A stretch of DNA of 48,396 bases from Smithella sp. (GTDB lineage: Bacteria; Desulfobacterota; Syntrophia; Syntrophales; Smithellaceae). Within the stretch, counting starts at the first letter, position 1; each line of letters opens with the position of its first letter. This document shows, one piece after another, positions 9,422-19,059 of this stretch. The notes under the pieces are model-generated. The model searched no databases and had not been told where the DNA came from. It saw nothing but the letters and a program-made list of their open reading frames with translations. A program made the position numbers and the translations under genes. Location of the stretch: positions 1 to 48,396 of the forward strand of contig JBDKUG010000239.1 in assembly GCA_039679815.1 (NCBI GenBank). Direction: 5' to 3'.

Positions 9422-10318
9422 ATGAAAATTATCGAATGTGTGCCGAACTTCAGCGAAGGATGCGATTTAGATAAAATCGAATCGATTGCCCGCGTGTTGA
9501 AGTCTTTTCCCGATGTTCACTTCATTGACTATGGCGGAGACAGCGATCATAACCGGAGCGTCTTTACGTTTCTGGGAAAACCGGAGCATGTTCTGGAAGC
9601 GGCGCTGGCTGCGTCGGGGAAGGCATTGGAACTGATTGACATGCGCAGTCAGGCAGGTGTCCATCCGCGACTGGGAGCGGTTGACGTGGTTCCCTTCATT
9701 CCGCTGGGGAAAACAAAAATGACTGATGCCGTTGATCTTGCACACCTCTTTGGCCGGCAATTATATGAACGGTTCTGCGTACCGGTTTATTATTACGGAG
9801 AAGCAGCGCTGGTTCCCGAACGACGCGAACTGGCCAATGTCCGGCACGGGGGATATGAAGCACTTAAAGATAAGATGAATAATCCAGACAGCCTGCCCGA
9901 TGTCGGGAAGGCCGAATTCAATCCGCGTTCAGGTGCAACGGCTGTGGGCGCGCGCGAACTGCTGGTGGCTTACAACATCAATCTGAATTGCAATGATTTG
10001 AGGCTTGCTCAAAAGATTGCATCTCTGATCCGGGAAAAAAACGGGGGCCTGAAGCATGTGCGGGCCATAGGCGTCATTTTAAAAAGCAGGAATCTGGCGC
10101 AGGTATCCATGAACCTGACCAACTGCAAAGAAACGCCGCTGAAAATGATTTATGAACAGGTGGAGAAACTTGCCGCTGAACGCGGTGTTGAAATTCTGGA
10201 ATCGGAATTGATCGGACTAGCGCCAAAATGCGCTTTTGCGGGCACGAAGCCGGAAAAACTGAAGTTTCTCAAGTTTGATAAAGACCGCCTGCTGGAAACG
10301 CATCTGAAAAATCTTTAA
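9422..10318 (+). CDS. Glutamate formimidoyltransferase (FtcD N-terminal transferase domain only)
   Basis: 298 aa. The characteristic MKIIECVPNFSEG start is present. The length fits a transferase domain without the cyclodeaminase part. Confidence 0.8.
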   Translation: MKIIECVPNFSEGCDLDKIESIARVLKSFPDVHFIDYGGDSDHNRSVFTFLGKPEHVLEAALAASGKALELIDMRSQAGVHPRLGAVDVVPFIPLGKTKMTDAVDLAHLFGRQLYERFCVPVYYYGEAALVPERRELANVRHGGYEALKDKMNNPDSLPDVGKAEFNPRSGATAVGARELLVAYNINLNCNDLRLAQKIASLIREKNGGLKHVRAIGVILKSRNLAQVSMNLTNCKETPLKMIYEQVEKLAAERGVEILESELIGLAPKCAFAGTKPEKLKFLKFDKDRLLETHLKNL

Positions 10319-10395
10319 GTCAAGTAAAGTGCTGACCGGTTGACAGTCCGTTCAAAGAATGTTAAACCGCCGCATCCTGTCACAAAATCATGGCT

Positions 10396-10472
10396 GCCCC
10401 TGTAGCTCAGCAGGATAGAGCAACGGATTCCTAATCCGTGTGCCGGGCGTTCGAATCGCCCCAGGGGCACCA
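10396..10472 (+). tRNA. tRNA-Arg (anticodon CCT)
   Basis: Manual cloverleaf. Acceptor gcccctg/caggggc, D arm gctc/gagc, anticodon stem acgga/tccgt with loop ttCCTaa, T arm gggcg-ttcgaat-cgccc, encoded CCA end. Confidence 0.9.
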
Positions 10473-10900
10473 AATAAATCAAGTAGTTATCCGCATTATG
10501 TAAAGCCTTCTGCTTTCTCGTTTCAACAATATTCCCACTTTTGGCAAAAAAACAGGGCAAAAAACACGTCACACGGCAAGAATTTTATGTCATAGTTTTG
10601 GCCTATTCCCCGGCCCGAAAAATCGAAGCCAGGGGTGCCGATGGCCGTTCCACAATGGATTCAATTAAACGGCAGGCTTTGGAGACCACAGACCGTGAAT
10701 CCCTTCAACCTGGCGAGGGGATCGACATTTATCTTGATCGATATATTGTCTTTTATTACATTATGTTACGTCTATCGCTTGCGCGTATTGGCGAAAGTCC
10801 TGTTGAAATCATTTAATTGTTTAATTTAAAATACGATATTCAGCCGGATTCACCCGGTAATCGCCTGCGGCAGGAAGTCTGTAAATAACAGGGCCGTGCA

Positions 10901-11800
10901 CTACTGCCCGGCCGGATTCAGGAGACTGCAGGATACAAGAAAAGATTCAACTTCGTTGAAAACATGTGCGGCAATATTGCCACGAACAATTCCGTGCTGA
11001 TGATAATCAATCAAGGAAAAATACTTTTTTGCCGAACCGATGCGCTTGAAAATTTCGGGACCGCTTCCGGGATCGACTTTTGGGTCACGATTGGCCTGGA
11101 TGACAAGGGACGGAATTTTAATGTCAGGAAGCGATTGGCCAACGTTTCTCATTAGCTTTTTGACCTGAACAAAAGCGCTGACCGGGCAAAGCAGATAATT
11201 GATATGGGGATTGTCCGCGTCGTTTTCCATAAACTCTTTTGTTATTTTACGCACACCCGCAAATTTGCAAAGTTGATTGAACCCATGCAGAAGTTCGGCA
11301 AACCTCGATGAAAATCGTTTAAACTTCAGCGGTGCACTGATGCTGATCACAGCCTCAAAATCGCGCGGTTTCAGGATAACTGATTGAAGAGCAAGGCCGG
11401 CTCCGGTGGAGAAACCGGCCACAATAATTTTTCTGCAGCAGGTTTTCAGAATGGCATGACCGCAGTCAACCGAGTCAAGCCAGTTTTGATAGCTGCGGGT
11501 CGAGAGATCTTTTGACGATGTTCCATGGCCTGAAAGCCTTGGTGCGTAAACGGTCAAACCTTTTGCGTGCAGAAAATCGGCCCATTCCCTGACCTCCTCC
11601 GGTGCGGCCATCAGACCGTGAATGAGAAGCACGCCGGTGTCCGTATGAGTTGAACGCAGGAAAAAAGGTTTCCCGATGCCTGGAGGCTTTGTTTCGCCCG
11701 CGACAAAATGCTTTTTATATTCTCTGAAGAATAATGCCGACTCAGCTTCCAGAAGTCTTTCTGTCTCCAGCCCGGTGTCTTTGGGGAAGAAGTGGTTCAT
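10901..11800 (-). CDS. Alpha/beta hydrolase (esterase/lipase-like)
   Basis: About 299 aa. Has an HGLM oxyanion region and a GFSTGAG nucleophile elbow. ATG at 11800 (TTG at 11803 is also in frame). It starts 4 nt after the stop of the upstream hlyIII-family gene. Confidence 0.8.
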   Translation of the reverse strand: MNHFFPKDTGLETERLLEAESALFFREYKKHFVAGETKPPGIGKPFFLRSTHTDTGVLLIHGLMAAPEEVREWADFLHAKGLTVYAPRLSGHGTSSKDLSTRSYQNWLDSVDCGHAILKTCCRKIIVAGFSTGAGLALQSVILKPRDFEAVISISAPLKFKRFSSRFAELLHGFNQLCKFAGVRKITKEFMENDADNPHINYLLCPVSAFVQVKKLMRNVGQSLPDIKIPSLVIQANRDPKVDPGSGPEIFKRIGSAKKYFSLIDYHQHGIVRGNIAAHVFNEVESFLVSCSLLNPAGQ

Positions 11801-11803
11801 CAA

Positions 11804-12454
11804 TCAGGCGCCAGCCCGGGAAAAGACCCCGTAGATCATCGCATAATGCAGACTTCCCCCGATCAGAACCATGATGTGAAAGAGCTCATGAAAACTGAAA
11901 ACACCCGGAAACATCCTTGGTTTTTTTATCGCGTAAATGATGGCTCCCAGTGTAAAGGCGATGCCCCCCGTAACCAGAAGGACTGCCTGCGATGAAGACA
12001 TATTGGCAAGCATCTGCCTGACGGTAAAAAGTGCTGACCAGCCCATGGATAAATATATAAGCGCGTACAGCTTTCTCGGCGCCCTTGGGAAAAAAATCTG
12101 GGAAATGACACCTACGCCCACAAGGCTCCACTGGAAGACGATCATGTACCATCTGTATGGATCTTCCAGGCAGAAATAGCATATCGGTGTAAATGTTCCG
12201 GCAATCATGAAAAAAATTGCCATCCGATCCATTTTCCTCCAGAACGAAAGCTCATTTTCTTCTTTCTTGAACGCATGATACAGTGTGCTTGCTGAAAAAA
12301 GAAAGACAACGGAAATCCCGTAAATGAGCGAAGTGACAAGACCGGATGTAGAATCACTGGCAACCATCGCCAGATAGACTGTGCCGATGACAGCGGCGAT
12401 CACTCCGGCCAGATGTGAATAGACATTAAACAACTCCTGGGTTTTTACTTTCAT
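11804..12454 (-). CDS. Hemolysin III / PAQR family membrane protein
   Basis: 216 aa with about 7 predicted TM helices. Has the N-terminal NVYSHLAG motif and the C-terminal HELFHIMVLIGGSLHY His-rich motif typical of the family. Confidence 0.85.
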   Translation of the reverse strand: MKVKTQELFNVYSHLAGVIAAVIGTVYLAMVASDSTSGLVTSLIYGISVVFLFSASTLYHAFKKEENELSFWRKMDRMAIFFMIAGTFTPICYFCLEDPYRWYMIVFQWSLVGVGVISQIFFPRAPRKLYALIYLSMGWSALFTVRQMLANMSSSQAVLLVTGGIAFTLGAIIYAIKKPRMFPGVFSFHELFHIMVLIGGSLHYAMIYGVFSRAGA

Positions 12455-13082
12455 AACAATTTTCCCTCGTAGAGCTTAATCTTATCAATTTTAAGATGCT
12501 TTCTCACAAATTCGTCTTAAAAGCGAGAATTTATTGCAAGATTTTTGTATTGTATAAGCATTTGATATTTAAACATATATTATGAAAGTGCTTCTGGGGT
12601 ATAATTATTATGAGCCATTATCTTCACATTACAGGCCCTGGCCTGCCTTTGAGACTATCCAGGATCGCTCACCCGGTTCACCCTGATCCTTATAATCCTA
12701 CAATATTTATAGACAGGACATTAATTTTTACGTATATAAAAGCTTCAGATGAAGGATTGATGAGCATGGATAAATTGTTGTACCCCTTCAAAGACTTCTT
12801 TTCGCGATTTGCGCTGACCTGCGCAGCTGTCAAATCTGTTATGTTCTGCAGATTTGCTTTACATACTACCAAATTTCCTATCATAATTTATTACAACGAA
12901 TTTAGAAATAAGCATTCTTTTATGAAATATGAGAGATAACCAGGCATACATTTTGTTTATAATTTTACGGACGGGAGTAGGTTGTTAAATTAATGGCAAA
13001 TGTCAGAATGTTGATTGGAAAAGATTTAGGAACGCATATGGTTTATGATTTTATCAAAGTAATTTAACTGCAGGAGGTGAAA

Positions 13083-13493
13083 ATGACCTATCGGATGAAG
13101 TGTTCTTTTTTTACAATGATATTTGCTGTCATGATTGTATCAACAGCCGCTCAGGTTAATGCATCTGTTGATAAATCAGGAAATGATCGTGATCCGGGAC
13201 TTTCACTGTTTTTGGCCCAGGATCTCAATGATGATTCCTCCATGATGCTAGCGCAGGGTCCACCTCCCCCTCCTCGCCGCGACTTACGTCGAGATCGCGG
13301 TCCTCGCCGCGACTTACGTCGAGATCGTGGTCCTCGCCGTGACTGGGGTCGCCGTCGGCATCATCGCGGTTACTGGCATCGTGGTCCTTATGGTCCTCCT
13401 CCTTATCGCCATCGCCGATACTGGTATCGTGGTCCTTATGGTCCTCCGCCTCCGCCTCCGCCTCCGCCTTTTGGCCCCCCTCCCGGGTGGTAG
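13083..13493 (+). CDS. Small secreted Pro/Arg-rich tandem-repeat protein (hypothetical)
   Basis: AGGAGG (13072-13077) lies 5 nt before ATG 13083. Signal-peptide-like N-terminus (...IVSTAAQVNA/SVD), an acidic linker, then RRDLRRDRGP x2.5, YW(H/Y)RGPYGPPP x2 and a poly-Pro tail. Followed by a good terminator. Confidence 0.6.
   Translation: MTYRMKCSFFTMIFAVMIVSTAAQVNASVDKSGNDRDPGLSLFLAQDLNDDSSMMLAQGPPPPPRRDLRRDRGPRRDLRRDRGPRRDWGRRRHHRGYWHRGPYGPPPYRHRRYWYRGPYGPPPPPPPPPFGPPPGW
13272..13344 (+). repeat. 30-bp tandem repeat (2.4 copies) inside the Pro/Arg-rich CDS
   Basis: cctcgccgcgacttacgtcgagatcgcggt occupies 13272-13301 and repeats at 13302-13331 with 1 mismatch. A partial third unit follows. 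A separate 29-nt repeat, tactgg(c/t)atcgtggtccttatggtcctcc, occurs at 13371 and 13419. A (ccgcct)n run occupies about 13445-13468. Confidence 0.9.
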
Positions 13494-13541
13494 GAATGAG
13501 GATGAATTGACGTGAACCAAAGTAAAAAACCTTAAAAACGA

Positions 13542-13575
13542 AAAGCGTCTGCATGTTTTGAGACGCTTTTTGTTG
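13542..13575 (+). terminator. Rho-independent terminator after the Pro/Arg-rich gene
   Basis: Stem aaagcgtct (13542-13550) pairs with agacgcttt (13561-13569). 10-nt loop, followed by tttttgttgtt. Confidence 0.75.
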
Positions 13576-13743
13576 TTAGATATATTCCCATTTACCAATG
13601 TCAACAACTATGGCGGAGCCGTGAATGTGTCCGCCGATTTACTCTTCCGATTATCCGTGTATATCTGAAATACCTTCAATTTAGCCTTTACAAAAATCCC
13701 TCTTCCTGATTAAAGTCAACGATCAAATAACAGGAGATCGCTT

Positions 13744-14706
13744 ATGACTCGGGCAAACCTGCCGGAATATGATTATGATGTCGTCATTATTGGTGGTGGG
13801 CCGGCTGGCTATACGGCCGGTATCTATGCCGCGCGGGCCGCGCTCAAGACACTGCTCATCGAAGGTGAGGGTACGGTAAGCCAGGTTACTATTACGGATA
13901 TCATAGAGAATTATCCGGGAATTCCCGATGGGATCGGCGGATTCGAGTTGATGCAGCTTTTCAAGAAACAGGCAATGAAATTCGGTCTGGAAATTCTTCC
14001 CAAGGATGTAAGCGGCGTAAAAACAAGTTCTTCCGCCCCGGTTATCTGGGAAGTAACTGCAGGAGACAAAGTTTATAAAACCCTTAGCGTTATCGCTGCG
14101 ACGGGTGCGATGTGGCGAAGTCTGGGAGTTCCGGGAGAATCGGAATTTGCCGGGAAAGGTGTGTCTTATTGTGCCACCTGTGACGGTCCCTTCTACCGGA
14201 ATCGCGATGTGATTGTGGTGGGTGGCGGCGACACGGCCATTCAGGAAGCACTTTTCCTGACTCATTTTGCCAGAAAAGTGTTCGTGATTCACCGGAGGGA
14301 CAGGCTGCGCGCGGCGGGAATGCTGCAGGAAAGAGCCTTTGCCGAAAAGAAAATCGAGTTTATTTGGAATGCCACGGTCGAGGAGATATCCGGTTCTGAT
14401 TTTGTCACGGGTGTCAAAGTTAAAGATGTGACCACCGGCAAGATCAGTACGATAGCGGCCGACGGCGCTTTCATTTTTGTCGGCCAGCTGCCATACACGG
14501 AAATATTCAAAGGCCTGGTGGAGATGGACAAAACGGGTTTTATCATCACCGATGAAAACATGCGGACAAATGCCGCAGGCCTGTTTGCCGCAGGGGATTG
14601 CCGCTCCAAGCTGTTCAGGCAGGTTGTCACCGCCGCCGGTGACGGAGCCAACGCCGTGCACAGTGCCGAATTGTATATTGATGAAGTGAAAGGCCAGACA
14701 TACTAA
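13744..14706 (+). CDS. trxB: Thioredoxin-disulfide reductase
   Basis: 320 aa. GGGPAG FAD motif, CATCDG redox-active dithiol, GGGDTA NADPH motif. AGGAG RBS. Confidence 0.93.
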   Translation: MTRANLPEYDYDVVIIGGGPAGYTAGIYAARAALKTLLIEGEGTVSQVTITDIIENYPGIPDGIGGFELMQLFKKQAMKFGLEILPKDVSGVKTSSSAPVIWEVTAGDKVYKTLSVIAATGAMWRSLGVPGESEFAGKGVSYCATCDGPFYRNRDVIVVGGGDTAIQEALFLTHFARKVFVIHRRDRLRAAGMLQERAFAEKKIEFIWNATVEEISGSDFVTGVKVKDVTTGKISTIAADGAFIFVGQLPYTEIFKGLVEMDKTGFIITDENMRTNAAGLFAAGDCRSKLFRQVVTAAGDGANAVHSAELYIDEVKGQTY

Positions 14707-14709
14707 ACA

Positions 14710-15555
14710 ATGGAATCTTTTGTGAACGCCTGGCAGCATCTGCCATCCCATATCAGCCCTTCGCTATTCAGCATCGGCTCTTTTCAGCTTCGTTATTACA
14801 GCCTGATGTATCTGGTCGCTTTCGCTGTTGTTTATTTCCTTTTTTCCTATCGGATTAAGCGCAAAGAGATCAGTATTACGGAGGAGTTTCTGCAGGATTA
14901 CATGGTCTGGGCAATGGTTGGGCTGATTGTTGGCGCAAGGTTAGGCTATGCCCTGTTTTACAATTTCAGCTATTTCAGCACCCATCCGCTCGAGATTATC
15001 CTGCCGTTTGATTTCTCCAATGGCTTTCGCTTTGTGGGTTTGAGCGGAATGTCCTATCATGGTGGTTTTATCGGTGTTTTTCTGGTCACGGTTTATGTTT
15101 GCCACAAACACAACATCAAACTCTGGCAATTCGGCGACTGGTTGTGCGCAGCGGTGCCCCTGGGGTATATGTTCGGCAGGCTGGGTAACTTCATCAACGG
15201 TGAACTCTGGGGCCGCATTACCACGGTTCCGTGGGGCATGTATTTTCCCCTGGATCCAACGCGGAGCCTTCGCCATCCTTCACAACTGTATGAAGCCCTG
15301 TTGGAAGGCTTGTTTTTGTTTTGTGTCCTCTGGCCGATCCGCAAAAAAAATCCTTTCGACGGTTTTACCGTTGGCCTTTATATTTTCGGTTACGGTCTGG
15401 TGCGTTTTTTTATCGAGTTTTACCGGGAACCCGACTCGCACCTTGGATTTGTTCTCGGATTCAACACCATGGGCCAGGTTCTTTGCATAGTGATGATGCT
15501 GACAGGCATCGCCGTCATTTTGTGGCGCAGACGGGTTTCAACCCCACGGAAATGA
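14710..15555 (+). CDS. lgt: Prolipoprotein diacylglyceryl transferase
   Basis: 281 aa polytopic membrane protein with the GRLGNFINGELWG signature. Confidence 0.92.
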   Translation: MESFVNAWQHLPSHISPSLFSIGSFQLRYYSLMYLVAFAVVYFLFSYRIKRKEISITEEFLQDYMVWAMVGLIVGARLGYALFYNFSYFSTHPLEIILPFDFSNGFRFVGLSGMSYHGGFIGVFLVTVYVCHKHNIKLWQFGDWLCAAVPLGYMFGRLGNFINGELWGRITTVPWGMYFPLDPTRSLRHPSQLYEALLEGLFLFCVLWPIRKKNPFDGFTVGLYIFGYGLVRFFIEFYREPDSHLGFVLGFNTMGQVLCIVMMLTGIAVILWRRRVSTPRK

Positions 15556-15568
15556 ACAGGAGGTCAAT

Positions 15569-16900
15569 ATGGGTAAGCATTTAGTCATTATCGGCGGCGG
15601 CGCGGGTGGAGGTTCTACAGCCGCAGAAGCGAAGCGGAATGATCCTTCTTTGGACGTTACCATTTTGCAGATGGGCCAATTTGTCTCATATTCTTCCTGC
15701 CCAACCCCTTATTATATCGGAGACATAATCAAGGATGCCAATCAACTGATTGCCAGGACACCGGAAAAATTCCGAGAAGGCGGCATTGATGTCCAGCTTC
15801 GTTCGGAAGTTTTCAGCATCAATTCCAAAGAAGCGTTCGTTGAAGTAAAAGACGGCCGCCGCTTCCCCTATGACGTTCTCGTTATGGCCACCGGCACGTC
15901 AGCTATCGTTCCGAACATGCCCGGCATTCACCTGCCCGGTGTTTTTTCACTGCGCAATCTGGAAGATGCGATCCATATGAAAACGTGGCTTCAGAAAAAA
16001 AGCGCGAAAAGAGTCGTGATTATCGGCGGAGGTTTTATCGGGCTGGAAATGAGCGTATCGCTTCATGCTTTGGGTGTGAAAACAACAATTATTGACAAAG
16101 ATCCCCTGCCGGCCAATCGCTGGGATACTGCTCTTTCTTCCGTGATGTTGGAAGAGCTTCAGGCCCACGGTGTGGACTTTGTGGGCAATGCAGCAGCGCA
16201 GGCGATAGAAGAAGGTATGAACGCGCCGCTTCGTGTTAAGACCGACAAAGGTGAATCTGAAGGGGATGTGGTTTTGCTGGCCATGGGTGTCCGGCCGGAT
16301 TCGAGGTTGGCACAGTCCATCGGCTTAAATATCGGTTTATCCGGTGCAATAGCGGTGAACTTTGCTCAACAGTCGTCTCTGGAAAATGTTTATGCTGTTG
16401 GCGATTGCTGTGAATCGTTTCATAAAGTCAGCCGCCGCTGGGTAAACATCCCCCTGGGCGATATTGCCAACAAACAGGGCCGCGTCGCCGGACGCAACAT
16501 CGGCGGCAAACCTCTGGCCTTTGACGGCATTGTAGGCGCGCAGTCTTTCCGGTTATTCAATCTCGAATGCGCGGCCACGGGCCTTTCTGAAAAAGATGCA
16601 GTTGCCGCGGGTTTTTCACCGGTCAGCAACATCACCTGGGGAAACGCCATGGTGCCTGCGCTGGGCACGAGAAAAATCGGTCTGAAGCTGATTGCCGACA
16701 AATCATCGGGCAGGCTGCTGGGCGCGCAGGCGGTGGGTGTCGCCGGAGCGGTGGGAAGGATCAACGTGTTGTCCGTAGCGCTCTGGGCGGAAATGAATCT
16801 CGATCAGATCGGTTATCTGGATCTGGCTTACGCGCCGCCGTTCAGTCCAGCCTGGGATATCATTCATAACGCGGCCCAGGCGCTCGGCCGTTCACTGTAA
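15569..16900 (+). CDS. FAD-dependent pyridine nucleotide-disulfide oxidoreductase (CoA-disulfide reductase / NADH oxidase family)
   Basis: 443 aa. GGGAGG FAD motif, a single redox Cys in VSYSSCPTPYY (CoADR/Nox/Npx-type), and a second dinucleotide fold VVIIGGGFIGLE. Confidence 0.8.
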   Translation: MGKHLVIIGGGAGGGSTAAEAKRNDPSLDVTILQMGQFVSYSSCPTPYYIGDIIKDANQLIARTPEKFREGGIDVQLRSEVFSINSKEAFVEVKDGRRFPYDVLVMATGTSAIVPNMPGIHLPGVFSLRNLEDAIHMKTWLQKKSAKRVVIIGGGFIGLEMSVSLHALGVKTTIIDKDPLPANRWDTALSSVMLEELQAHGVDFVGNAAAQAIEEGMNAPLRVKTDKGESEGDVVLLAMGVRPDSRLAQSIGLNIGLSGAIAVNFAQQSSLENVYAVGDCCESFHKVSRRWVNIPLGDIANKQGRVAGRNIGGKPLAFDGIVGAQSFRLFNLECAATGLSEKDAVAAGFSPVSNITWGNAMVPALGTRKIGLKLIADKSSGRLLGAQAVGVAGAVGRINVLSVALWAEMNLDQIGYLDLAYAPPFSPAWDIIHNAAQALGRSL

Positions 16901-16913
16901 TCAGGGAAAAACG

Positions 16914-17858
16914 ATGGTTTGGTGGTGGATATTTTTTGCTGTCTTTATTCTGGCCATGCTGGCCCTTGATCTGGGTGTCTTCAACCGAAAGTCCCACGTC
17001 ATAAAAATGAAGGAAGCCCTACTGTGGACCCTTTTCTGGGTGGCGCTGGCCCTCATGTTCGGCGCGGGCATTTACTTTTTTTATGGCCATGGCAAAGCCA
17101 TGGAATTTCTTGCCGGTTATCTTATTGAATATTCATTGAGTATCGACAATCTTTTTGTTTTCATGCTGATTTTCCGCTTTTTCAACGTTCCCCGTGCCTA
17201 CGAGCACAAAGCGCTGTTCTGGGGGATTTTAATGGCGCTGGTGACGCGGGGTGTTTTTATCTTCGCGGGTGTCGCATTGATCAATGCTTTCAGCTGGGTC
17301 ATGTATATTTTCGGGGCTTTCCTGATTTTCACCGGCATAAAGATGGCGCTGAACAAACAGACGGAAGTCCATCCGGACAAAAATATCGCGATAAAACTTT
17401 TGCGTTACATCATACCCGTCACCAATAGATTTTCCGGCGCCAAATTTTTTATCATGAAAGGCGACATCCGTTATGCCACCCCGATGCTGGCCGTTCTTCT
17501 CGCCCTGGAAACCACGGATATTCTTTTTGCTATTGATTCGATTCCCGCTGTGCTGGCCATTTCCAAAGATCCCTTTATTATTTACACGTCCAACGTCTTT
17601 GCCATTTTAGGACTTCGCTCACTCTTTTTCGCGATTTCCGGTTTGATGAAATTGTTTCATCTTCTTCATTACGGCCTTGCGGCTATTCTGACTTTTGTCG
17701 GGGTCAAGATGCTTATCGAGGATTTTTTCCACGTGCCGGTTGCGGCCTCGCTCTTTGTCATCATCTCCATTCTGGCTGTGTCGATTGTATCCTCGGTGAT
17801 CTGGCCTGACCCGAAAAATGAGGAAGGTGAAGTTCCTCCGGTGACGATGAAGGAGTAG
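16914..17858 (+). CDS. TerC/Alx family integral membrane protein
   Basis: 314 aa, multi-TM. Has the EYSLSIDNLFVF and DILFAIDSIPAV paired TerC motifs. Confidence 0.88.
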   Translation: MVWWWIFFAVFILAMLALDLGVFNRKSHVIKMKEALLWTLFWVALALMFGAGIYFFYGHGKAMEFLAGYLIEYSLSIDNLFVFMLIFRFFNVPRAYEHKALFWGILMALVTRGVFIFAGVALINAFSWVMYIFGAFLIFTGIKMALNKQTEVHPDKNIAIKLLRYIIPVTNRFSGAKFFIMKGDIRYATPMLAVLLALETTDILFAIDSIPAVLAISKDPFIIYTSNVFAILGLRSLFFAISGLMKLFHLLHYGLAAILTFVGVKMLIEDFFHVPVAASLFVIISILAVSIVSSVIWPDPKNEEGEVPPVTMKE

Positions 17859-17865
17859 TGCCAGA

Positions 17866-18648
17866 ATGCAAAGTGACCTTCCAGGCATATCGCAAAACCA
17901 GTTGAAGAAATGGTCGAGACTTGCCGAAGTCAAATTTCGCAGGGAAGAAGGCCTGTTTATAGCCGAGGGGATCAAAGTCGTCGAAGAGCTTTTGAAAAGT
18001 GATTGGCAGGTAGAAGCGGTGCTTGTGCTGCCTGATAAAACATCACACTGGGAAAGACTGATTACGCGTGTGCCGGAGAATATCCCTGTCTATCGACTGA
18101 AGAGCCAGGAATGGAAAAAACTGAGCCAGGACAAAGAACCGGAGGGCATTATTGCAGTTGTAAGAAACAGAAAGAAACCCTCCCTGTCATCATGGCTTCA
18201 GTCTCCCCGAGGTCACCTGCTGATCGGGCATGAAATTTCCAATCCCCGGAATCTGGGCGCTTTGATGCGCAGCGCCCGATGGTTTGGTTTTACAAAAATG
18301 ATGTTGAGCGCGGACTCGGTAGATGTCACCCATCCCAAGGTGATCCGCGCGTCGATGGGCAGCATCTTTCATTTGACCATTTTGACGGATGTTGATTTAC
18401 AAACGGCGCTTCCTGAAATTAAACGGAATTTCCTTTTGATTGGCAGTGATGTGAAACATGGTGTTGCACCGCATCTGCCCGAAAAAGAGGCGGCTCTGCT
18501 TGTGGGCAGTGAAAGCCGTGGGTTGCCGGAGGATTTGTTGGCGCTGGCCGATGAACGCTGGCGGATTCCCGGCGACGGTAAAGCCGATTCACTGAGTCTT
18601 CCCCAGGCTGCGGCGATCATGATGTATGAGATGATAAAAAAAGGATAA
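17866..18648 (+). CDS. TrmH/SpoU family RNA 2'-O-methyltransferase
   Basis: 260 aa. Has an N-terminal substrate-binding-like region and C-terminal SPOUT motifs (NPRNLGALMRSA, VGSESRGL, IPGDG...SLSLPQAAAIMMYE). Confidence 0.85.
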   Translation: MQSDLPGISQNQLKKWSRLAEVKFRREEGLFIAEGIKVVEELLKSDWQVEAVLVLPDKTSHWERLITRVPENIPVYRLKSQEWKKLSQDKEPEGIIAVVRNRKKPSLSSWLQSPRGHLLIGHEISNPRNLGALMRSARWFGFTKMMLSADSVDVTHPKVIRASMGSIFHLTILTDVDLQTALPEIKRNFLLIGSDVKHGVAPHLPEKEAALLVGSESRGLPEDLLALADERWRIPGDGKADSLSLPQAAAIMMYEMIKKG

Positions 18649-18665
18649 AGGAGCAAGGTAGAAGA

Positions 18666-18992
18666 ATGTCATTTATTCAGGTGATGACGACAACAGAAAC
18701 AAAGGAGCAGGCGATGGACATCGCGCGGCATTTAGTTGAAGAAAAACTGGCCGCGTGTGTGCAGATTACGGAGCCGGTTGAAAGCATCTATCGATGGAAG
18801 AGCAAGGTGGAACTCTCTCAGGAGTACCTCTGCCTTATCAAAACACGCGAAGGCCTTTTTCCGAATGTGGAAACCGCCATCAAAAAACTGCACCCCTACG
18901 AAACTCCTGAAATCATTGCTGTGCCGATTATCAGGGGCAGCACAGAATACCTGGCCTGGCTCGATGATGCATTGCCCTTTCACCCCCGATAA
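18666..18992 (+). CDS. cutA: Divalent-cation tolerance protein CutA
   Basis: 108 aa. Has the KLAACVQI...SIYRWKSKVE...E motif pattern of CutA1. Confidence 0.88.
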   Translation: MSFIQVMTTTETKEQAMDIARHLVEEKLAACVQITEPVESIYRWKSKVELSQEYLCLIKTREGLFPNVETAIKKLHPYETPEIIAVPIIRGSTEYLAWLDDALPFHPR

Positions 18993-19059
18993 TTTTTTTT
19001 CGTGCAATAATTGGATGTTTGTTTTAATGAGAGACGTCAAAATTTCTTAAGGAGACTTT

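Noticed and set aside
10315-10572. 85-aa minus-strand ORF
   Set aside because: It overlaps the whole tRNA-Arg gene. Likewise, ORFs 43088-43276 (+) and 43091-43309 (-) overlap tRNA-Gly. All are spurious.
12610-12939. 109-aa ORF in the AT-rich gap
   Set aside because: No RBS, the start lies 5 nt after a TATAAT-like hexamer, composition is odd, and no recognisable domain is present. I treat it as non-coding.
13723-14751. 342-aa ORF on the minus strand covering all of trxB
   Set aside because: Its codons are aligned exactly with the trxB codons (13744-13723 = 21). It therefore stays open simply because trxB avoids TTA, CTA and TCA codons. The product is low-complexity with no motifs and no RBS. 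The trxB sense frame has unmistakable motifs.
16901-16913. yybP-ykoY (Mn) riboswitch in front of the TerC-family gene
   Set aside because: Only 13 nt separate it from the preceding gene, which leaves no room for a leader.
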